From NCBI RefSeq assembly GCF_964355755.1, contig NC_092676.1, positions 26,926,871 through 26,990,870 on the forward strand: DNA of 64,000 nt, written 5' to 3'. Shown here in pieces: positions 37,766 to 49,139 of the stretch. This DNA is from Antedon mediterranea (lineage: Eukaryota; Animalia; Echinodermata). The notes under the pieces were generated by a model, which searched no databases, had not been told where the DNA came from, and saw only the letters and a program-made list of their open reading frames with translations. Positions within the stretch are counted from its first letter, which is position 1, and every line of letters begins with the position of its first letter. A program made the position numbers and the translations under genes.

Positions 37766-38702
37766 ATTCTGACTCGTCTGTTTTGAGGAGATCTAGCTCC
37801 TTGGACTTCACTGTTTCCGTAAGAGCAATGTGAATAGGTGTTATGTGCGAAGTTTGAGGACCTTATAAGCGATCTGTTAAATACGCCAATAAAAAGAACC
37901 AAAATATAATTTTATTTATTTCAAGTCTCCCCTCTTCAATAGAGGAATACAGTGATGATTTCAAGTTGCTCTCAACAATCTTTTTCTCACTAAGAAACCG
38001 AGCAGTTATCGTTAATCCACCTCATAAAATAAATTAATAAAATGACTAATATGTTGCGAACACACCCATGTTATTAACAAAATTCTCTGATTATAAAACA
38101 CAAATGGTTTCATTAACAATAGGTCATTGTTCGCTGGAAAATGAATGGAAATGTTAATAAGATGACTGTGGCTTGTGCTGGTCAGTTGTGAATAAACTAA
38201 TCAATATCATGACACAATATCTAATTTTAAATAAAGACACAATGTGTTGAAAATCCTGGAAGGAAAACGAACCAATCAGAGTTCAAAGTATAATGGATAC
38301 TTTAATTTAGTTACGATAAAATCAAAGGATAGACAGACTATATGTGTGTGTATGTAATACAGCATCCAGGTACTTTAGTACATATATGATTGCGTGTAAA
38401 GTATACAGTACTGCTGTTGGATTGTCGTCGTTAAGGTAAATTTGTCTTTGCAGAGCACTATATATCAGTGCAGTAGATTTGGTATGGTTTATTTTATATC
38501 ATAGTGCCACTGTAGTTTGGTGCTCACCTTCTACTTCCAGGCTGTTAGGTTCAAGCCCCTCACTCTTTAATTTTCTCATGCAATAAACATTGCCACTAAC
38601 TAAAGCCGTGTGGCACTGTTCATCCATAATATTGCATATTTTTGCTTTGTTTTGATTTCATTATTGCGTTCTTCTGTAAATGGTCTGGCAAAACACAAAT
38701 AA

Positions 38703-38862
38703 AGTTCTGTCTACACTATCAAACTTTATGTGACAACAAATGTGATTTTGCCCATATATGGACATGATGATGTCATATCACTACTATATTTAAGCATATC
38801 ACTACCATATATGGGCATATCACACTTGTTTGTCACGTAAAGTTTGATAGTGTAGGCAAGGA
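38703..38862. mobile_element. MITE family A, copy 8 (reverse orientation)
   Basis: Same TIRs and internal sequence. Confidence 0.82.
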
Positions 38863-39268
38863 AAAGTTGTCAGAAGAAACAGGGGTTTGGTGGAAGATGA
38901 CATTAAACAAACCGACGACTTGGGAGGTATTTGATTTTGTTCAACAAAAATGTATCAATGGTGATCTTTGTAGCAGTATTGTTAATCATTTCGACTTAGA
39001 ATAATTATCTTTATCTATTGGAATCTATTGTGATTGTAACAATAATCATTTGGACATTGATAAGACTAGCTTTCTATTGTAATGTAGAGAAAGACCCTGG
39101 AAATAGTCAGTCAGGCGGAGATGATACTTTAGAAATGGTCATTACATATTGTACACTCGCTTTCTACAGATAAGACTTATTTCAGTTTTGCAAACATTTT
39201 GCTACAGAATCTAACCAGGGAAGAGTGTCTTATTTAACTACTGTATTTACCGGTTGTCTTATAAATAC

Positions 39269-39414
39269 CAGGGCCGTAGCCATCAGTACGGTTGGTAAGG
39301 TTTCAACCTGACCACTTTGTCACAGGGGCCTTTGACAACCTAATGACTTGAACAGAGATTGTTCCCTTTTCTTGGGAAAACCGCACCGCTTTATTTCTTG
39401 TGGCTACATCACTG
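39269..39414 (+). mobile_element. 146-bp hAT-like MITE, copy 2
   Basis: CAGGGCCGTAGCC...GGCTACATCACTG; AATAC on both flanks. Confidence 0.72.
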
Positions 39415-39958
39415 AATACTCCATCTGACAAAGAGGCCATCATAGATCAAACATTTTGCATTAAGGACTGTCTGGTCTTGTGCAAGTGCAAGTTCTAAAC
39501 ATTCGCTTTGTAGGTACTCGTTCTGTAAGAGGTCGTAGGTTAGACAGACTGACAGAGTGACATCATACAAAATGAAACTTAAGTTTATTAGTTAGGCTCA
39601 ATACGGTAATAACATTAAGTTCCATGTTGAGCACTGTGTAAATTATTTTTTTTTAGATACAATGTTTAATTTATTCAGAGTGTTGCAGGTTTTGAATATT
39701 CTTTTATTCATGATTTTTGTGTGCTGGATTATGTTAATACAGTATGTATGTTATGTTGCAGTGTCTCAATATTCTCACTTTTTATGCCATTTTGAGTTGA
39801 GTTGCTGTTATAACTCGGAGAATACATTATTTTTGGTTTTGACCTTTCTATCTTGTTTGAGTACAGCATCGGGGCATATTCAAGAAAAATGTTAATTTTA
39901 TTTTCATAAAGTATTACTTGCTTTTCAAATATTAAATTCATTTATTTCCTTTTTTCAG

Positions 39959-40164
39959 GCCTTATCTATGGATCCCTTCGTGGTAGTAGAACATTTTCGG
40001 TAGCTGCGTCAGACCGGTTTTCGATAGCGTCGCTGGAACGTTCTCTTGGTTCAGATAGTAGTAGTGGGCAACGTCGCTCTGTGTTCAGTATGAGTATGGA
40101 AGAGATATGCAACATGGCAGCACAGGCCAGTGCTGATGAAGAAAACAATGAAGATTGGGCTAAG
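39959..40164 (+). CDS. ANKS1: ANKS1 exon (linker)
   Basis: tttttcag|GC...AAG|gtatgt; phase 1-0; GLIYGSLRG...EDWAK. Confidence 0.88.
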
Positions 40165-40181
40165 GTATGTTTCAATTCTTA

Positions 40182-40268
40182 AGCTCTCTGTCTACGTCAC
40201 TATCAATTTTTATGTGTCATATCACTACCATATTTGGAAATATCACAACCATATTTAGGCACAGACTG
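40182..40268. mobile_element. MITE family A, copy 9 (degenerate, partial)
   Basis: AGCTCTCTGTCTAC...CACTATCAA and CATATCACTACCATATTT subrepeats. Confidence 0.65.
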
Positions 40269-40445
40269 TCTCAACCAACTGTTGCAATCTTATAAATGGG
40301 TGCATGGGTTCGCAACTGAAACATGCTGCAGAGTAGACAATATGGAGACGTCTCCAGTTCAATATGATTTAGTATTTATTAGTATTATTATTTATTATAT
40401 AGTGTTTATATATACATTATATTTATAATATTATTTTATTTTCAG

Positions 40446-40539
40446 ATCCAAGAAATATTTGAGTCATTAAGATTTCCACTAGCAAGAGAATCAGCCTATT
40501 TAAAAGATTATCAAACAGATTTCCAACACATGCTTCAAG
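40446..40539 (+). CDS. ANKS1: ANKS1 exon (pre-SAM helix)
   Basis: tttcag|ATC...CAAG|gtataa; phase 0-1; IQEIFESLRFPLARES. Confidence 0.85.
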
Positions 40540-40569
40540 GTATAACATAATTGTACAGGATTTTGATAC

Positions 40570-41130
40570 AGTCTTCTATGGGCCTATAGAATTTATATGC
40601 CATCGTCTATGGACATATATAATTGATATGACAGCATCTATGGGCCTTGTGAATTCATATGCCAGTGTCTATGGACCTATAGAATTCATATGCCAGCGTC
40701 TATGGGCCTATAGAATTGATATGCCAGCGTCTATGGGCCTATAGAATTCATATGCCAGCGTCTATGGACCTATAGAATTCATTTGCCAGCGTCTATGGGC
40801 CTATATAATTCATATACCAGCGTATATGGGCCTATAGAATTCATATGCCAGCGTCTATGGGCCTATATAATTTATATGCCAGTATCTATGGGCCTAAATA
40901 ATTCATATGCCAGCATCTATGGGCCTAAATAATTCATATGCCAGTGTCTATGGGCCTAAATAATTCATATACCAGCGTATATGGGCCTATAGAATTCATA
41001 TGCCAGCGTCTATGAGCCTATATAATTTATATGCCAGTATCTATGGGCCTAAATAATTCATATGCCAGCATCTATGGGCCTAAATAATTCATATGCCAGT
41101 GTCTATGGACCTATACAATTTATATGTCAG
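40570..41130. repeat. 31-bp minisatellite x ~18
   Basis: Unit TATGGGCCTATAGAATTCATATGCCAGCGTC. Confidence 0.95.
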
Positions 41131-41760
41131 CACCTAACATGTCTAGCACATCATTAGAAAATCTCCATGCTGTTTATCATAGTTTAGTGCCTGCTTTACA
41201 TGCCATCAAATGGATGTAGCAATGAGAGAAAATACTACTTTATTTTAAACACCTATTAATTGTATTAACATGTATTGTAACTAAGGGCGGAATGGAATGG
41301 TCATTTTCAACTGAAGAATAGGCTAAGAATAGGAAACAATAGCTTACTCATGTACCTCAATACCCCTTGTAGGTTCTTCAATCATGGTCAGTGTCAAAAA
41401 GCAAGGCCTACCTTATCGGTCAACAAGGCCTACCATAATGGTCAACCAGGCCTACCATGACGGTCAACAAGGACTTTCAAACTTAAAAGGGGGACACTTC
41501 ACACACACAGTCACACGTCAACATTAAGAATAGATATAAACACTTGCATACAATTGTTATCATTGACAATCAATTCTAATACTATGGCTACCTTAATAAA
41601 TTTAAAGGAATTTTATAACATATTTTGTGCTTCACAAAGTAAGATTGAAGCTCATCCAAACATATATTTTATTTTCACAATTTTGAAGGTACGTTTTCTT
41701 TTAAATAACTTGATAGAAATAAATAAATTGAATTAATATTTTTGTTGTCAATATTTTTAG

Positions 41761-41864
41761 GGTCAATGCCAGCTTTGAGTGTGAGTGGTTGGCTTGAAAC
41801 GCTCAACTTACAACAGTATGAAAACACCATGGTAGCTAATGGTTTTGATAATCTAGATTTTATG
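41761..41864 (+). CDS. ANKS1: ANKS1 exon (SAM1 N-half)
   Basis: tttttag|GG...ATG|gtaagt; SVSGWLETLNLQQYENTMVANGFDNLDFM. Confidence 0.93.
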
Positions 41865-41935
41865 GTAAGTTTAATCAAATTATATTAACCCTTTTCTTCT
41901 ATGAATGTTCACACACCAACTTACACAATGACTTA

Positions 41936-42064
41936 AGCTCTGTCTACATTATCAAACTAGTGTGATGTGCCCAAATATGGATGGATGTGATATGACATCA
42001 TCATGTCCATATATTGGCACATCACATTTTTTGTCACATAAAGTTTGATAGAATTGACAGAGCT
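41936..42064. mobile_element. MITE family A, copy 10
   Basis: Same TIRs with internal deletions. Confidence 0.8.
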
Positions 42065-42281
42065 AAGGCCTGAAGTGTAATCAGGACTGTGTTCTTTAAA
42101 GTGAGGGCGCTATATAGAAATTTACTAATATCACATTATGATGGTTTTTTTTTTTAATTTTTGAATAAAGCTTTTTTTAATCAGTATGTTTTAGTTACCT
42201 GGACTGATTATTGATTTAATAATTTAGATTTTAATAATGAAATCATTCAATGAATTTATTATTGTTTATGATATGTTTTAG

Positions 42282-42393
42282 GGTGGTGATATCGTAGAAG
42301 ATCAAGACTTACAAGACATTGGTATTCTAGATGCTCAGCACCGTAATATAATATTAGCAGCTACTAAGCAACTTCAAGATATCAAACCTATAG
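42282..42393 (+). CDS. ANKS1: ANKS1 exon (SAM1 C-half)
   Basis: ttttag|GGT...ATAG|gtaaag; EDQDLQDIGILDAQHRNIIL. Confidence 0.93.
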
Positions 42394-42526
42394 GTAAAGT
42401 CTCATAGTGCACTACTGAAAAACTAGTGCCTTTTGAATAAAGAACTCCTACAGTGCCACAATTTAAACATTCAATTCAACATTGAATTATTTAATACTCC
42501 TACATATGGTCCTACTGACATTTATT

Positions 42527-42806
42527 ATAATAATAATAATAAGTGGGACTTATATAGTGTATTTAGCAAAGCCTCTATGCACTTTAAAAAAGAAATCGGA
42601 AAACTACGTGAGAAAAAAAAATATTTAAAAAGGCAAGTTTTCAGAGCAGTCTTAAAATAAGCGATTGATAGCCTGACAGATAGAGATTGGTCAATGCACT
42701 TTAAAAAAGAAATCAGAAAACTACGAGAGAAAAAAAGATTTAAAAAGGCGAGTTTTCAAAGCAGTCTTAAAATAAGCGATTGATAGCCTGACGGATAGAG
42801 ATTGGT
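42527..42806 (-). mobile_element. L2/CR1-group LINE 3' end with 117-bp tandem duplication
   Basis: Minus strand encodes SIAYFKTALKTCLF (ORF2 C-terminal FKxxLKTxLF motif) twice, then a (TTA)n tail. Confidence 0.7.
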
Positions 42807-43269
42807 AAATTGGTTTATGAACAATGTACTTCATTTCTGTTGTTTTGTAAATCTGGAGTGAACTTTGACCTCATTCCTTTCATGATTTGAAACTTTTAGA
42901 AATCAAATTCTAATTATTCAAATTCAAAGAGGTGATGATTAAATGTAGTTTTTCTGCCTTAAGCATCAATCTCAAGCCTACCTGTCATTTTGAAGTTGTT
43001 TTTCATCTCTGATTGTCTAAACGTTTATATAAAGACACATATCTAACCTGATTAATCAAACAGGTTTGACCTTTGACATATCTATTTTGATGTGCTACTG
43101 GTTGAGTGACTATGCTTAATGGCTCTGTAAGCGAAAATGATGGCATATACAGTAGCATATAATATAAGTGAAATTTGTCCAACCCTTCAATGAATTCTCA
43201 AATTCAATTTGGCCTGTGTTTTCACATATAATATTTATAACTTAAATACATTTTGTTATGTTTTTTTAG

Positions 43270-43403
43270 GTGATGATGATTCGTTTAACCTGCAGGATTG
43301 GCTACGTAGTCTGCTTCTTATTGACTACATATCAACCTTTATAGACAGTGGAATATTGACAATGGACAGGGCTAGGCAGCTGTGGGAGTTTGAGTTAGTA
43401 AAT
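43270..43403 (+). CDS. ANKS1: ANKS1 exon (SAM2 N-half)
   Basis: ttttag|GT...AAT|gtaggt; LQDWLRSLLLIDYISTFIDSG...LWEFELVN. Confidence 0.92.
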
Positions 43404-43991
43404 GTAGGTAGAATCTGTACACTAGAGCCTCTTACAAGGGACCAACCTAAAAACCTAAATGTGGATTACTTTTTTACTTTGTATTCTAGTGGAGTAGGGT
43501 TCAATTCTGACCTAGTGCCAGGGTTCAATCCTGACCTAGTGCCAGGGTTGTAACTCACGACTCATTCAACTCCACTCCCTAAGCCTCAAGTAAAACTTAA
43601 TTTATAATCATGAAAAAGTTTAAAATAGTTCCATCCTGTAATTGGCAAGTTTGTGCTCGCTGTTGGATATAACAATATACATAAAAGTGTAGCAAGTACC
43701 ACCTGTACATAGCTCCTTGCATTGTATATTATAATATTATTAATCTAAAGGCAGATTACTGAAAAATGACAATGCTGTGGGTATCACTGGCTGGATCTCA
43801 ATGGAGATACAAAATAAAATAAGTAGAAAGCTAAATCAAAACGATAAAGTAAAACAGCCAGAAAAATGAGCAGAGCTTTCGAGCAACACTATCCCTTCAT
43901 CAATGCAATTTAGTCATCTGTGCAATTATATTTATTATATTATATGTATTTTTTTAAGGACATACATTAGAATAATTCTTAATGTTTTCAG

Positions 43992-44144
43992 GTTTTGAAA
44001 ATAAACATGGTTGGTCACAGGAAAAGAATCCTTGCATCGTTAGGCAACAACCGCAAGTATACCTGTTCAAATGCAATAAACAGTAATGAGTTACAAACAG
44101 CAGATAAAAGTACTGAACACCATCTTGCAATACCCACAGATCTT
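43992..44144 (+). CDS. ANKS1: ANKS1 exon (SAM2 C-half)
   Basis: ttttcag|GTT...CTT|gtaagt; VLKINMVGHRKRILASLG. Confidence 0.93.
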
Positions 44145-44415
44145 GTAAGTTATAATTATAATAATAATGATAATACATAATATATGTATAATAAATAAGA
44201 TAATTTAATATAGTGCATATTGCCTCTAAGTGCTGAACAATCTACAGAAAATATTTTAAAAAAATGTTTTGTCAACAAATGTCTGAAATTAAATAAAGTC
44301 AGAAGTAGCTGATTAATAAATACTTAATAATTTCTCACTAGCTTTTATTTCACAATGAATTAATTCATCCATGCAAAATTCATCTGTGATGTATTTTAGA
44401 GGGGAGGGCCTCTGT

Positions 44416-44555
44416 GACTGTATTCACCATTCACACTTAAACTAAGGATATGCCCTTAAAATTAAGAAAAATGCTCTATCTAAGTGAACACAATTTAAGG
44501 AAATATTTAAAATTAAAGGAAAGTTTTCACTTAAGTGTGATTGGTGAATACGGCC
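44416..44555. mobile_element. 140-bp MITE (Harbinger-like ends)
   Basis: GACTGTATTCACCATTCACACTTAA / TTAAGTGTGATTGGTGAATACGGCC, about 25-bp imperfect TIR. Confidence 0.65.
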
Positions 44556-45767
44556 ATTGTCTTCCAAGTTTTCCAATTTCTATCCCATCAGGCAGCTTAA
44601 GTTGCTAATTTTAAGTTGGCTTTATTAAAAACTAACTTTTTAAACTTTGCCTTTCCCGGAATCTTGTTTTTATTGTTGAACTTTTGCATGTGTTATATAA
44701 GCCAAACATGTTATTATTATTAGCATTTAGTATGATGCACTTTATAAACCTGAATTATTATTGTTATTACATATTAACAATCAAATATGTGTTTGGAATT
44801 ATTGAAGTGTCAAAAGTACATCCCAATACATTAATGAATATCTATAAATAGAAATTATTTTGGTAAATTACCCTAGATTTAAAATCTTTACTTACTATAC
44901 ATTCCTATTGCTACCAATTTATTATCACAATGATGAGAAAACATGAAATGATTAAAATTAGAAACGTATTCATCATGAAAGAGATGATTATCTAATAAGA
45001 AAAATATTTTTGTAATGATGAATATTTCCATAGCAACAACATTAGCAACAACTAACATTCATTCAGACAGTTGTGTTATTGATAAAGCGCCCTCGAGCCT
45101 TCACGCGTCAAGCGATCTTACTTGGCACGTAACGTGATACACTGTAGTTTTCCGGTGACAAAATATCTCAAGTTATATTATTACGTTTCAAATTAAAATC
45201 GAAAGGTTCTTGTTTCCTACTTTGTCTTAATACTAAATTTATATTTTATGAAAATTATGTAACATGTTATTGGCGAGTCTGTTGGCAAATTATTTGTACG
45301 TTGTAGATGTGTTTGTCAGATTTGAAGGCCCACAGCATACCTAACTGACTTGTAAAATGTATTTACTTTTTGTATATGTCACTATGCGCTGTCACATTGT
45401 ATGCCATCATATTGCTTAATTGAAATATTTCTCAATATGAATGATATTTAACTGTGTTGGGTACCATGTCAACATTATTCTACTGAAGATACTGCAGTAA
45501 CTATTTTGTTACTGCAGTAAGTATGAATTTAGTTTCAATATAAATGTTTTCAGGTATTCATCGCAATAAACAGTGTGTTTGATTACCAAAAAAAGCTTGC
45601 TAGATAATTGCATAAACCGGTTAAACAGTAAACAAACTGCTATAGAACAATTCACACAGGTTCGATCATTAGTTAATCCTCTTTTGTCCCATCGGCAATT
45701 AGGGCCATTCTTATTTACTAGTTTAGTTATTTTACTATTACGATTGTTTTTTTAATTTGTGTTGCAG

Positions 45768-46223
45768 CATTTAGGAATGCATATAGAATCAGATAGCGGT
45801 CAACTGACCGTGCACCAGTCTCCTTGTCTGGACATTAACCTTTACAAAGACTATTCAAAAGTAACTTCTTTAAAAAGGGAGTCAAATGCATCAATCTCAG
45901 AAGCCAATAGTAACCCATCATGCAATGCAAACCAGCCTTCATGTCAAAAAATTCCAGCAAGCAATGCAAATAGACCAACATCTCAAGAGATATTAATAGA
46001 ACTGGACACAAATAGAGAAGTAGCAAACATTACGGATAATATTCAAACAGTTTCTAGCGTGAATGATCGTAATTTGGAAAAGTTACAGGAAGAGAACATT
46101 TATCAAGAGGTATTACCTGTTATTACAGAAGTGAATAGTAACATTCATCCATCAACAAATGGAAAAGTCCACCATAGTGCAATGCACGACAGAAGGCTAC
46201 CCACGTTACCCTCAGAACAAAAG
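45768..46223 (+). CDS. ANKS1: ANKS1 exon (SAM-PTB linker)
   Basis: gttgcag|CAT...AAG|gtttgt; 152 open codons; phase 0-0. Confidence 0.8.
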
Positions 46224-46279
46224 GTTTGTTTTTAATTTTTAGTTACGGTACTTTATTTATTTATTCAACTTCTCACTAA

Positions 46280-46438
46280 AGCTTGGTTCCCACTAGAACG
46301 CAACGCAAGCGTTTTAACCAATGACAAGCAAAGTTATAGACAGTTAGCAATCACAAGCGAATAAGCCATCGCTTGTGATTGGTCAATTCACTTGCGTTGC
46401 GTTACGTCCTTGCATTGTGTCGCTAGTGGGAACCAGCT
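46280..46438. mobile_element. MITE family B, copy 2
   Basis: Reverse complement of 7656-7834; TAA target duplication on both sides. Confidence 0.85.
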
Positions 46439-46469
46439 TAACTTCTCAAAAACAGTCCAGTCCCAATTG

Positions 46470-46660
46470 CACAGTGGCTGTGTGTGTGAACTAGTACATG
46501 CACATGTGCTAGATGTGTACACTGGACCTACGGTTTATAGTCCTTATCCGAGAATACTCGTTCTACCTATAGAACCATGGAGCAAGTGAGCCTTGAACTT
46601 TTGCCAATCTTATGGCTAAGTAATTATGGTTCCACTGTCTTAACCTCTCGGCCACTCACT
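46470..46660 (-). mobile_element. tRNA-derived SINE, Meta-domain-like, copy 3 (3'-truncated)
   Basis: Same core on minus strand; head AGTGGCCGAGAGGTTAAGACAGTGG. Confidence 0.78.
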
Positions 46661-47511
46661 CACAGCTACTTTACTGTAGAGCAAGCAAGTTTAATAGTGT
46701 TTTTTCTGAGTCACTTAGATAAATGCTTGGAAGCATGTCTTTTGCTCATTTGCCAGAGGCTAAACCAAAACATTCATGCATGGTTTTTACACAATTCTCA
46801 CATTAAACTTATGGCACATTTTATTTATAATTTCTGTTATAGCCCCCTCAATTTAACCAAGACAAACGTTTTTTTGACCAATTATAATCTGAATCAATAT
46901 TATAGTGAAAATATGTGAAAAAAGAAAGTTACTATCCCACATGATAATACTATTGTTTGTATGCATGCTATGTATCACTAATATGCTTTTTAAAATATAA
47001 TTTAATTTATTTTTTATAGATATTTTAAATAACATTTTATTAGAATTGAATAAAGAATTGATAGTTGTTATTTTCAATCAAATGATTGATGTTTTAAACT
47101 TACCAGATAATAAATTGATTTTTTAATCAAATTGTTTGTGAGTTAGTTAGAGGTTTTTTTTACTCAACTGGGGTTTGTCAAGTCTTAGTGAATCATGCAA
47201 AGTGCTGAGTTACATTGTCGGTGGGGAGAAAACAAACCACCATCATGAAAATCTACTTCAACATGACTCTATTTTCTTACCAAATCTTATGATTCATAGG
47301 GAAAAACACAATTACTTTCCAAAAAAACTACTCATTTGGGACAAAATTACTAAACGTTTTCTAAATTTACTACACTTGGCCAAACATAGGCTGCTAATTT
47401 GTGTCACGGTTCAGTAATTTGCAGATAAGCATAATATGTCAATCAAATCTATAAAAAAATTGGAACAAATCATTATTTTATAAGTTGTTTCACTTTTTTC
47501 TTGTTGTCTAG

Positions 47512-47595
47512 GCTAAGCTGCATTCTAGCAATGTACCGGACTGGAAACATAAACCTGAGGTTTTAATCAAAGGCTGCTGTAATTATACGGCTTAT
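47512..47595 (+). CDS. ANKS1: ANKS1 exon (PTB start)
   Basis: gtctag|GCT...TAT|gtaagt; WKHKPEVLIKGCCNYTAY. Confidence 0.92.
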
Positions 47596-48068
47596 GTAAG
47601 TATATGTTCAAATGATAATACAGGCAGCACCTTCAAGACCCACTAATTAAAGGAGGTGTCCCCTGAATAGTGTTGGCTGTAGTGTTATAACATGCATTTA
47701 TCTTATTCATTTGTGTAAAATTGTCTCCTTAATAGGGGTGTCCCATGATTAAGGGTGTCCCAAGTAGGGGTTTTACTCTAGTCAAATATTTTGACCTTAA
47801 ATCTGATTTAGGTTAATTCTTGACCTACCTGAAATTTATGGAAAACCACCTCTAACCAATTTTAAACTTCATCTCTCTTACGTAAAGCTACAATTATAAA
47901 GATGACAATGATGTTTTTTACTATGTTTGAAAGTTCTTTATAATTATTATTTAGTTTAAGAAAACAAGAATAATCTTTCAATATCCAATCTGTTGTGACA
48001 TCTAAATTCATCATCATCATTGAAATATCCATCAATTTGACGCATTTCCTCTCTTTTAATTTGTCCAG

Positions 48069-48227
48069 TATTTAGGCTCAACTTTAATCAAAGAAGTAAA
48101 GGGAACAGAATCGACGCGTGATGCGTGCGTCAAGTTACGGAAGTCGGCCAGAAGCTTACAGAAGGTTCCCACTATCACGTTATCTATTAACTACTTGGGC
48201 GTCAAATTCATAGATGCGAAATCGAAG
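48069..48227 (+). CDS. ANKS1: ANKS1 exon (PTB)
   Basis: gtccag|TAT...AAG|gtgaga; [26 protein letters not shown]...[22 protein letters not shown]. Confidence 0.95.
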
Positions 48228-48789
48228 GTGAGAACTTTATACCGTACTGGGACGTGCTATTACGTTCTTGTATTTTATTAAGTTGTTGCAAGGCAATTAG
48301 TGACCACAGACAAACCACTGAGGGAGTTTGTTCGTAAGGTAACCACAAGGCTACTGTTTCTTTTGACGTGTTATTTTTTTTTATTTCTGGCACATGTACA
48401 TATTTCATTAATAAATAAATACATCTAAATGAAATGCATTTGTATCTGATATTTCCCTTGTAATATTAGATGAACCTAGATGTGGGTCAGATTAGGAAAC
48501 GTAAAGATCATTTTGAGATGAATTTTTATATCTTTATTACTATTTTGTGTATATAATCATATAGAAGTATATCACAGTGTTGTAGATACTTGTAAACTTG
48601 GTTCAATTCTAACGCTACTTTGGTGTTTTTATTATTACTTACTCCATTTTTGTTACTAAGTATTAGTTATAGTAGTGCATCGGTTTTTAGATGAGAGTTG
48701 GTTCTGTGTTACTCTGGTTCCTTTGGTAACTAGCCTTTGATAACGCCCAATGAACATAAAGATAACAAAAATATAAAGATGCCTTTCTT

Positions 48790-48975
48790 TCCTCCCTTTT
48801 TTTCTTTTCCTTCCTTTTTTTCTTTTCCTTCCTTTTTTTCTTTTCCTTCCTTTTTTTCTTTTTCTTCCTTTTTTTCTTTTCCTTCCTTTTTTTCTTTTCC
48901 TTCTTTTTTTTCTTTTCCTTCCTTTTTTTCTTTTCCTTCCTTTTTTTCTTTTCCTTCCTTTTTTTCTTTTCCTTC
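48790..48975. repeat. pure polypyrimidine 18-bp repeat x ~10
   Basis: (TTTTCCTTCCTTTTTTTC)n. Confidence 0.95.
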
Positions 48976-48994
48976 ATTCCATTCTAAATCCTTA

Positions 48995-49139
48995 AGCTTT
49001 GTCTACACTTAACTAGTTTTAGGTGCCCATATATGGTAGTGATATGCCCAAATATGGTAGTGATATGACATCATCATGTCCATATATGGGCACATCACAT
49101 TTTTTTTGTCACATAAAGTTTGCTGGTGTAGACAGAGAT
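48995..49139. mobile_element. MITE family A, copy 11
   Basis: Diverged TIRs, same internal sequence. Confidence 0.8.

Noticed and set aside
38387-38441. ATG-initiated mini-exon MIACKVYSTAVGLSSL with AG|GTAAAT donor
   Set aside because: The donor is phase 2 and does not fit the phase-1 acceptor at 39959; no other support.
40570-41130. 31-bp repeats as CRISPR direct repeats
   Set aside because: Head-to-tail with no spacers; an ordinary minisatellite.
48687-49012. Lys/Glu-rich and Phe/Ser-rich ORFs
   Set aside because: Translations of the 18-bp pyrimidine repeat.
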